Source: the human T2T-CHM13v2.0 reference genome, Homo sapiens
Length of the DNA: 64,000 bases
Reading direction: 5' to 3' (one strand)
Assembly: GCF_009914755.1 (NCBI RefSeq)
Contig: NC_060933.1
Shown: positions 28,426-38,315 of the stretch, one piece after another
Numbering within the stretch: position 1 is the first letter of the stretch
Layout of the letters: each line of letters begins with the position of its first letter
Notes under the pieces: generated by a model
What the model was told of the DNA's origin: nothing
Databases searched by the model: none
Seen by the model: only the letters and a program-made list of their open reading frames with translations
Made by a program: the position numbers and the translations under genes

Positions 28426-31400
28426 AGGCACGAATAACTTCTTATTGTAAGATCAAATAAGTGAATGAGGAAATGAATACATGAATGAATGAACAAATAA
28501 ATGATATGTAAAGGGCATCCACACTTGCGCTTCTCCCACAGCCCCACTCACTCCCTGACTATGATGCTGGTTTCTGCTGCTGCTGCCGCTGCCTCCTCCT
28601 CCTCCTCCTCCTCTTTCTCCGGCCTTGCGCATCCCCCATCAGCAAGAGCACAGGAGCTCCATGTGGACTGGGCCTCCAAGAACCCGCTGAGCTGCCCAGC
28701 GGGGCCCCTTCACAATGAAGCACGCTGTCCCTTCTTTAGAAGGGATTCTGCTTTCTTATGTTCACAGGATGTCCAAGGTCTCCTTGAAGATCAGGAAATG
28801 CAGGCAGCCATCCCAGCCTCTGAATAGCTGCTGCCAGCATTACACAGACCGGGCATCAGACGGTGTGCGATCCTCCTTGCTTTCTCCTCCTTTCTTTCCC
28901 TCTTCCTTCCTCCTCCTCCTCCCTGTTACACACCAGGGAGGCTGCTGCATGATTGACGCAAAGCCAGTGGCTGCTTGAAGGGGAACGTGAGGATTCCAGA
29001 AGCTCTGAGCTGGGCAGGGTCCTCTGAAAGTCTCTACTCTTAGCTGGTCTTAAACCTCGCTTTGCAGCTATCCTGTTGTTCAGATAAAAGCCTACCCAGA
29101 GCCACAACAGTTCGGAGACATGAGGGGAGCTGCTTTCATGGTTTCCCCTCCCCACAGTGGCCCTCTATGGAGCTTGCCCATCCACTCATGTTACACAGAA
29201 CAAGACCAACACCACACAGCTGACAAAGGGTGTGGGGTCCAGCAAATCAACCCAGGGGCAGCTGGAGCTTGACCTTGCAGGGGAACTCTGGGAGCCAGTG
29301 TGGACAGCACCCCTTAGCATCATCTATCTGGGGGTGAGGCGGGTGTCTATCCACAAACTCCCGCCCACCCCTGGTTGAGGACCACTTTCAAGGGTGGAAG
29401 GGGTGAATTTCTTGGCACTTTCAGGCTGCTGCAAGGGCAGGCTTTGGTGGCAGCCGAAGTCCTGAGCCAACTCAAAGCCAGAGCTTATAGCTGAAAGAAC
29501 TGGGCCATCACTCATTCATTCATTCGTTCATTCATTCACTGCAGGGCCTGACGGGTTTGACTGAGAGCTGCTGAAGCATCAGTGTAGGAATGACATAGCC
29601 TGACCTATGAGACCCTGAGGAGCCCCAAGAGTGGAGCACCCCTAGGGTGACACCCATGCTGCCAAGGGACTGTCAATCACCCTGCCCCTGCCCCTGCCTC
29701 AGTTTACCACCAGCAGGCAGGGGAGGAGAGGGCATTGCATTCCACTGGCTGTGACAGGGAAGGCTAAGCTAACTATTGTCATATGAGATCTTCACACATG
29801 GGTCATAACCAGACAGTGAGAGTTTGGCCGGGACCTCCCAGTGTGTAAGTGTCAGGGCAGCAGGACATTCATTCATCTGGTCCACAGATCTTTGCTGTGC
29901 ACTTGCCACATCCCAGCACTGTCCAGGAACTGGGGTGCACGACAGGCAGGGTCTCTGCCCTTCCGGAGCAGACATGCTGGTGGGAGAGATGGGCAGCTCC
30001 CGAGGACTGCCCTCGTGTAAGTGCCATGAAGACAATGGAAGGGAATTATGCCAGACCCTCAGGGACCCCAGCACAAACTTGCCTCCAAAGCCCAGGCTCT
30101 CTCCTTGACAATAGTCCATCATCAGCCCACAAGGAGAAAGGAGCAGCAAAGGCCTGCAGAGAGCCAGCCCTGTCCCCTTGCCCAGAACAGGGGTGCCCCC
30201 TGCAGTTCTGTGAGCTGCTCCATCCTAGCAGCTCCCATCAGCTCCAGGGACAGTACGCGAACACCAAGTTATACCCTCACATTTATTCCAAAAATCTTTT
30301 GGGAGGAAATCCCACTCATTGCATGTCCAGGCACCTAATGAGGACATGAGATCATGTTATCAGTTCCTATTTTAAAGAGGGGGATACTGAGGCACAGAGA
30401 AGACAGGTAACTTGCCGAAGATCACACAGCTAACAAATGATGAAGCCCTGGGTCTTAACTACAGTGCTAGGCTGCCCCATGGCTCAGCTGTGCTTGTATT
30501 CGGGGCCTTCACTGATTGAACTCAGAACAGCTGTATTCTGGAATGAATTGCAACACAGTTCAGCCAGCTAAGCCTTCTCTGGGAATCTTCTCAGGGCTGA
30601 AGGTACAGGACTAGCTCATCAAGTTACTTTGGGCTGAATTACACCCCAGCTCTGCTTGCCATTCACTAGGTGTGAGACCCTTTTCTAAGCCTCAGTTTTC
30701 TCATCTGAGAAACAGATTTCACCCTCTCTATCTCAAGAGGTTTTTAGGATTAACCACACTGGGATTAGCCACGGCCATGCCCAACATCAATGCTTCCAAA
30801 ATGGTGGAGATGGGGGTGGAGAGGCCCCATCCTGGGCCTGGCACACATAGCTGGTCCCCAGTGCAAGCTGGCTTCTATCCCTGCCTCTGCTTGGAGAGGG
30901 CCTGGGCTCCCTTCAGGCTCCAGGGCTGGGAAACGATGCCACTTGGTGCTCCTGCACCACATCCCCACATGGACCCCTGGACCATTCCCAAATCCTGACT
31001 GCAGGACCAGCCCAAACCCCTCCAGACCTTCCCCCCGCCCACACTCAGCCACCAGCCACCATTCAGACAGGAGGAGGGACTCCTACAGATACCCCTGGGG
31101 GAAAAAAAAGAACCACTCAGCCAGCATCCTCCTGACTCTGAGGTTGGGGGGCGGGAGCGGTGTCGGAGCATTTGCAGAGTAAGTTCTTTAAAGTGCAGGG
31201 GAATGCTAGGTGGACAGGAGCTGTGAGAGACCTTGCCCCAAAGATAGATCCCAGGTAGATACAGAAGGCATTGTGAGTGGTGGTGAGTGCCAGAGCGCAC
31301 TGCAGTGTGAGTCAGGGTCAGAGCAGCCCTCTTCTGCGAAACGACCCTTTGGAGCCCAGGACGGAAGAAGGAGACAGTCCCTGGCAACCGGGAGCACAGG

Positions 31401-31809
31401 GAAGAGCATTGCAGACTGAGGAACAGCATGTGCGAGTGCCCTGGGGAAGGAGGGAGTTGGCTCATTCGAAAAGCAGAAACACAAGGAGGAAGTTTTCTGT
31501 CACTTTCCATTTTCTCCACTACCAGGCAGGGAACTCGCCCGTTTCTGTGCTCAAGGTCACATGGTGGTCTGCGGGACAGCTGGGCTGCCTTCCTTCAGTA
31601 ACTCTTTCCTCACCCCAACTTTTCCACCTTCTTCTCCTATCTGCTCTTTCCCTTTCCTTTCTCCAGCCTGTCTCTCCATTTCTTCCCCTCCCTTTCCGCC
31701 GTTTCTGTGCCTCCCCACCCCCACTCTCTCACACACACTTCCCTGTTTCCCCTTTTCTCTCTCTTAGACACTGCCGCTGTCTTCCACCTCTGTCTCTCCT
31801 TTCTGCATT

Positions 31810-32340
31810 TCTTACCCCGTGTCTCGGTCCCAGCTCCCTCGGGGTCGAGTCCCTCTGCGTGTCCTCCCCTACCTCGGCCTCCACCTGCCCCTTGCACGGG
31901 CGGCGCCGCCTGCCATGCGCAGCACGAGCCTCGCTAATGCGTTTCGCATGGCGCGTCAGTCAAACGCCCTTCTAATGTCCTTAAAGCACGCAGAAAATTG
32001 CATCCTTATGAAAAAGGAGAAAAAAAGCAAATTGCCTGGTGGAGGCGGAGCTGCCGCGGGGGCTGGGGCGGCAGCGCGTGCGGGCGGAGTTGCGTTCGGC
32101 AGGGCGGACTTGGGGCGGCTGTCAGGGGCTCTCCCGGGCCAAGGCGCAAGAGCAAGACGCTGCCTCCTCCCAGCGCTTCCAAGTGGCGCCTGGGCCCACA
32201 TCCTTGCCTGCTCTCTCCCACTCTTCCACCTCTCCTTGCTCGTTCCGGACACCCTGGCCTCCCACTGCACCACCTCCCTCCGCTAGGCTCATAACCGCCT
32301 CCGGACCTTGCACTTGGTTTCGCTCATCCCCAGGCGCTTT
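31810..32340. promoter_or_regulatory. Small orphan CpG island, candidate enhancer
   Basis: CpG-rich flanks around an AT-rich core containing TAAT motifs. Confidence 0.6.
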
Positions 32341-34479
32341 TCACAACACAGCCCCTTCCTCCTGGTCACTCAGGTCTCCACTGAAGGGTCACTTCCTGAG
32401 ACCAATCTTCCCAGACCACCCTGACTAAAGCCCCCACCCCACTCATCTTCTATCACCTGCTGCATTTTCCACATGACAACGACCACTCTCTGAAATCATC
32501 TTGTGGATTTAATTGTGGCTTCTTCACCGTCTGTCCACCCCTCCCCAGCACAGTGTCTGGCACGCAGAGGGCATGTTGAACAAATTGGTGAACAAATGAG
32601 TGAGACTTATTCCAGGCAGGCAGGGGCTTTGGAGACTCTAAGGCATGTGGGGCACTCCAAGCTGGACCTTGAGGCTGCTGAGTGAGGGGCAGTGGAGACT
32701 AACCAAGCTGAAATCAGATCCAATTCGTTGCTAATGACTTTGTGTTCCTGGGCAAGTTGCCTAACATCTGTGAGCTTTATCTTCTGGAAAATGGGAGCAG
32801 GAGCACCTAGCTTACTGGGGTGTCCCTGGATCGATAAAGTAATTCAGAAGAAATGGGGGGGGGGTTCTGTCCCTAGCGCTAGGAATTGTCTGCCATACTC
32901 AATAAGTGCTTGTTAAAGGAATGAAGGGCTGACATAAGAGCTTGATACATATCAGCCAGTCCATGCTGCCACTGATGTCAGATGCACGATTATTTCCTGA
33001 AGCATTGAGAAAGAAACGTTGTTTAAATATTGCGAATGAAGCCATAACCCATTGCTCTCATATCACCTGGAATTTTTATTTTATACTTACTCAAATATCT
33101 CTTTTAGGCTTATTAGCACATAGATTTAAAAAAAAAAAACCACAGATCACTATTGAGTTTACATCAAAACGGCAACTATCAGTGCAATCAATCATCAGTG
33201 GAGGTATTCCTAAAACTTCTTTGAGAAGCCTTCTTTGAGAGAGGTCAGAGGCACCTCTCTCAATGGACACCCTCTAAGCTGCTCTTCCCCTGTGAATTTC
33301 TATGCCTTGCTGAAGAACCACCCCCCACCCCGCCCCGCCCCAAGCTGCTCCTCCCCTGTGAATTCCTTGGCCTAGCTGAAGGACTCCCCTCTGTGGTCTT
33401 CCCCTCCAGTGTTGGTGCCTGAGAGGCCAGGGGCCACCACTGTCCACTGGAATGGCTAAATAACCTCGGCAGTACACCCATGGGAGTGGGCGGGAGGTCA
33501 CATGGAGCATCCATGACACCCACAGCCTCTGGGACCCTCGTCCCCATCTCAACTGTCATGGAACCCAGATTTCAGAAATGGGAAGATGCTGTCTTAAAGT
33601 CGAGACCTAGGGACACTACTGTGTAAGAGCTAAGACAAATTGAACTTCTGAAGTCACACCAGTGAGGGTCCCCCTTCCAAAGTCAGAGAGATCCCAAGAG
33701 GAAAGGCCCTTCCCTGGAGGGGCCTCTGACAGTCCTGGGGCAGGAAGTTATGAGTGGCCCGGGGGACCAGAATAGAGGTAGAGAGCTGAGCCAGAGTCAG
33801 CACCTGCTGGCCCCTCGGCTGCCATTACCTTCCTGCCCCGCCCAGCGGAGCGAGGAGTCCCAGCTCCCTTACCTCCCTACAGTGGGGTTGGGGAGGTGGC
33901 ATTTGAGAAGTTTTCCTTCAGCTCGGAGATCTGGCCCCGGGCTGAGCTGGGAGGGAGGGTGGGGGCTGTAGGTGGGACCGCTGGGGAACCCAGCCTGAAC
34001 AGAGGGGACAGAGGTTCCCAGCATCAGCTAGTCTCCTCCGTGGACACAGGAACCCAAAGTGGGCTCAGGGGATGTCCTTTGCGTTCCTTCTCCGGTACTG
34101 TCATTTCTAGGGCAGAGGCTCCCTGACCTGTAGAAAGGAAATCAGGCAGGGGAGCAACTGAAAACAAAGGCGGTACCAGGTTTCTGCTCGGACTCTGGAG
34201 CTCCAGGGAGATGGGGAGAGATGGCCGAGTGAAGGTGCTCACTCGGGGTTGAGAGGACCACATTTTGGCCACTCCTAGCTGGCCCTGCTCGGTTTCCCTG
34301 TAGGCACAGTAAGACAGTGCCCTCCAGCTCCAGGGGACAAAAACTTCAGATTCTGCTGTTGTCGACTTGGGCTGGGACCCGCGCTTCTTCTTTTTTTTTT
34401 TCTTTCTTAGTCCCCACAAGTGACCCTCTAGGGGAATCCAGAACAGGGAAGGGAGCAAGCCAGAGGAACTTTTTTTTTT

Positions 34480-35720
34480 TTTAGGTGAAAAGCCAGGGGG
34501 AGGGATGGGGCGCCCCCGCTCGCGACTACGCCTGCGACTGTCCTCGCGCTGCGGGGGCTGTGCGTGGAGCCCGCGGTAAGCTGGAATATCCAAGCCAGCT
34601 GCAAGTGGCCTTCCGTTCCCCACACGCCTCCTGCGTGCCGGGCCCAGCTGGGCGCCGCCCAAATCTTCTCTCTCCCGAGACTCTCCAGCTCCCCTTCTAC
34701 TGACCAGGAGAACGTCTTGCTCCGGCCAGGATCACACCAGTGGAGAAGCGACCCCCTCCCCCATCCCGGGCCGGGGCCCTTCTGACAATCCTCCCCAAGG
34801 ACTCCCTCATTCCCCAGGCCACCTTGAACAAAGCACACTGAGCGCAAACTTCGCGCCTCTGGGGGAACGCTGCGGCCAGGCTAATCCCAGCCCTCTCTCC
34901 TCCCCCAGCCCTTCGCGTCCCCAGGGTCCAGGCGGTCGCAGGCGCTCCCCACTCCCGCAGGGCCACAGCTCTCGGGAGACTCCTGAGCCCTCTCCCTCCC
35001 CTGGCTGCGGCCCCCGGGCTCCGGGAAGCTCAGCCACCGCCTGGGCCCACGCCATATCTGGGTTTTTTTCCCAGGACTTTGGGGATGAGAAGAGACTTGT
35101 GCATAGAGCGAAAGAGGAACGGGATCCAAGGGACCTTTCCTTCAAGTCCCGGGCCTGAAATGAAGGATGCGACTGCTGCCTGCAGGCAGAGAGACAACCT
35201 CAGCGCTCGGTGGCTGGGGCGCAGTGGCACGCAGGGCGGGCGCCAGGTAGCTCCGGTCGGGCACGCGCAGTCCGACAGACTGTGTCACCTTGGAAGACAG
35301 GATGCGGCCCTTTACCTAGAGTGGCAGCTTTGTGGGCTAGGTCAGCACGGGGTCTCCGGGCCGGCGGGCAATCGTCTGCCTCTGCGCCTTAGCTCCCTGG
35401 AGCGGGCCTGGAGCTTCCGTTGGGTCTCAAGGGTTCCACCAAGCAAGGAAGCCCTGAGCTGCCCAAACACAATGGCGTGCAGCCCTCTCCTCTTCCCCAG
35501 TCTCGGGGACTCGGTCTGCCTCTGCGTTCCCTGTCCCGGCAAGGAGCACAGAGGTGAAGGCAGTGACAACAACTCCACCCCTCCCGCACTGCAGGGCCTG
35601 GAATCTGGTCTCCCTCATTTGAGGCCCAACTTCCCCACTGACCCACAGGTGACCCCCGGACCGGAGTTCCCGCATCAAGTTCCCCTCTGTGCCAGGAGGT
35701 GGCTGTTCTCGCTGAAATAT
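34480..35720. promoter_or_regulatory. CpG island 3' of BARX1
   Basis: Dense CpGs in non-repeat sequence. Confidence 0.75.
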
Positions 35721-37629
35721 TGGGGCCCTTGTGCTCTGACTCCGGATTGGCCAGACCCCCTCCCCAACCCCTCAGAGCCCTGGTCCTACAAAGACCACTA
35801 GGTCCAGAACAGCAAGGCACCTTGGGAAAATGCCAAAGATTCGCAAGGCAGCTAATCTGCTGAAGGTTGCCTTCCTCGGATTTAGTAAAACCGGAGAGCC
35901 CTGAACTAACTGTAACTGATGCTGGTCAGATCCCCCTCCTTTCCCCTCTTGACTGGTGTAGGTGCATTCTACCTTCTTTCACAACTCTGTATGGTAGAGA
36001 CATAGCTGGAAACCAGGTCCCTCAGGCCTCCCTTTCCACAGAAGTCAGACCTTCACTTCCTGTCCTTTCAAATGGAGAGGATTAAATGCAGTCACGTAAG
36101 TCACTTGGCTGCTGGGACCAGCGCAGGAAAGTTACTGTAGGGTCACTAGGTTGAAAGACGTAGGAGTAACCCCAAGGCTGGAAGGGATTAAGGGCCGCAG
36201 TCACAGACTGATGATTCATTCATTCCAGGCGGTCAAGGTTGGGTAGGTTTTCTGGCTCCTCAGGAAAAGCAGGCGAGTAGTCTGGGAGCTGTTTGCAAGG
36301 CTGAATTAAGAACTCAGAGTGAGCAAGAGCTGGTTTACCACACCTGGCAGGACTGGGGTGAGGAAAGTGGCTGCAGCCTTCGGAAAGTGCTTGCTGTCTC
36401 CCTCTCCTCTCCCCACGCCGCCCTCCCACCGCCACCCCCCCGCCCACCCCTCATTCCTTCCGCCTTGAGGTAGCGGCAGGGGAAGTGCAAGCTCAGGTTC
36501 TGGGAAGAGCCTATCAAGCCAAGATCTGAAAGGAAAGGTGTTGCCACAATAGGTGGGGGCCAGAAGAAGTCACTTTCACATTCTGAAACACAAAGCCTGC
36601 AGCTGAGTTGTTTGTTTGTTTGTTCCTGAATCTCTTTTTTTGTTGTTGTTGTTGTTGTTATTGTTGTACCTAAATCTCTTTTCCTGTTTGAGTCTGGAAG
36701 GACCTGGCTTCAGGAACTCTGAATGGCCAAGTTTCATAGTCTTCCTGAGCTTTAACCAGTAAAGTGGTCATCGCTCCATCCCCACCTCTGGTCATCCTCC
36801 CCACCCCCAGCTTCAGGAAGCACAAGGACAGGAACCCACAGGCAGCCCTGAGCCCAGCCTAGACTGCGGGAAGGCAACTGAGACCTCCATGAGAAGGGGG
36901 CACCTGAGAGCACATGCAACCAAGCTGTGTCCCTGCAAGGGACCACCCTCCCTAGGCCGGTGTCAGCTGAGTCCTCTCTCTCCGTCGGCCAGGTGCCCTC
37001 ACTGCCCAGAGGTGGAACTCAGCAGCCCAGGCGCCGCCGCCCTGAGTATCCTGCGGAAAATGTGAGAACTCTGGGGAGCCATTGCTGCTGCAAGGACCCG
37101 CGGGCGGGCTACCGCGCTGGTGGGGGGGCTCTGTCCAAACCTTGCGTCCTCGACTTCCCATCCGCCTCATAAAGGGTTGGTGAAGACCATCTCAAGGACC
37201 GCACGAACTGGTCCTTCAAGTCCCAGGAAACCGAAACAACAACCGAGGCGGCTCTCTGTCCGGGCCACTTCCGGAGCGAGCTCTGCGGCGGACCTCTGGC
37301 TCCCGCTCCTTTGGGCACCCGCGGTGCGGCCAGACCGCTCCTGCCAGCGACTCTCTGGCTGGCAAGGGAGAGGAGGTGGAGTTCAGACTGGCCCCTCACG
37401 CCCAGAGTGGAAGCGATTCCTAGGATCCTGCAGCCACCGAGCCGCCCGCCGTGCCTAGCCCGGGCTTGATGGTGAAGAGCACAGCTGCCTTCGACAGAGC
37501 CGGAGGAAAGGAAGTTTAAGAAGCAACTGCCCGCGTTCCGCTTATCTTGCCGAGCCCACCCCCACCCCCACCCTCACCCCCTGCGGATTCAGAAGCTGCT
37601 CCACCGAGCCCGATTGTGTCATAAAATAT

Positions 37630-37635
37630 TTTATT
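37630..37635 (-). terminator. BARX1 polyadenylation signal AATAAA (3' UTR about 37610-38150)
   Basis: TTTATT on the + strand ~515 nt past the stop, an AT-rich island in GC-rich flanks. Confidence 0.8.
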
Positions 37636-38150
37636 GGAAAAAAAGTCACCGTCTTCGCAAGAGGGGGTAGGGGCCCCAGCGACATCGGGGACCCGGCCTC
37701 CAGGCCGAGCCGACGGGTTGCCCCGGGGCAATCTCAGGCCGTTGTGGCCTGAGCCCAACCGCTGGGTCCCCGACGTCCAGAAGCGGGTGTGTGCCTGGAG
37801 GCTCCCCGGCCGGGAGGGCAGGCTCCAGACGGGGTGGGGGTGCAGGCGAGGAGCGGGGCGTGAATGCGCGTGGAGCGCTCTGCGCCACGGAGCTCAGGGT
37901 AGAGACTGTAGCTTCCGCCGGGCTGGATGCGAGTCTCCCAGGTTAGAGCCCAGAAGCGCGCTGGGACCTGGGTCTGGCTTTTGGGTCTGTGTCCTTCCTC
38001 GTTTGGCCCCAATTGTCCGCATTCAAGATCATAATAAAAAGGTTTAGGAAGTAAACTTCTTGGACGCGGAAGGGCCGGCTCGCGGGTTTCCGCCGAGTGA
38101 GGGGGCTGCGGGTGGCGCGGGCATCCCAGGCCCCGCACCGTATACCGCCC

Positions 38151-38315
38151 TCAGTCCTCGCGGCTCCTGTCGCTGGGCTCGCCCGGCACCTCCGCCGGTT
38201 TCTCTGCATCCTTGGCGCGCTCCTGCTCAGTAAGCTGCTCGCTCGTTGGAATTGAGTTCTTCTTGGGCCGCCCCTTGGGCTTGGTGGGAGACTCCAGGCC
38301 GCCGCCCTGCAGCAC
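38151..38315 (-). CDS. BARX1: BARX1 coding exon 4 (Barx basic region, stop)
   Basis: Acceptor CCGTGCAG|GTG; encodes [24 protein letters not shown]...RED; TGA at 38153-38151. Confidence 0.97.
   Translation of the reverse strand: MLQGGGLESPTKPKGRPKKNSIPTSEQLTEQERAKDAEKPAEVPGEPSDRSRED

Noticed and set aside
28501-28827. 108-aa ATG ORF with poly-Ala/poly-Ser
   Set aside because: Driven by a (GCT)/(TCC) microsatellite; no homology recognised and no splice support
34024-35820. Several 140-240 aa ORFs in the 3' CpG island
   Set aside because: Overlapping on both strands and low complexity, as expected from high GC
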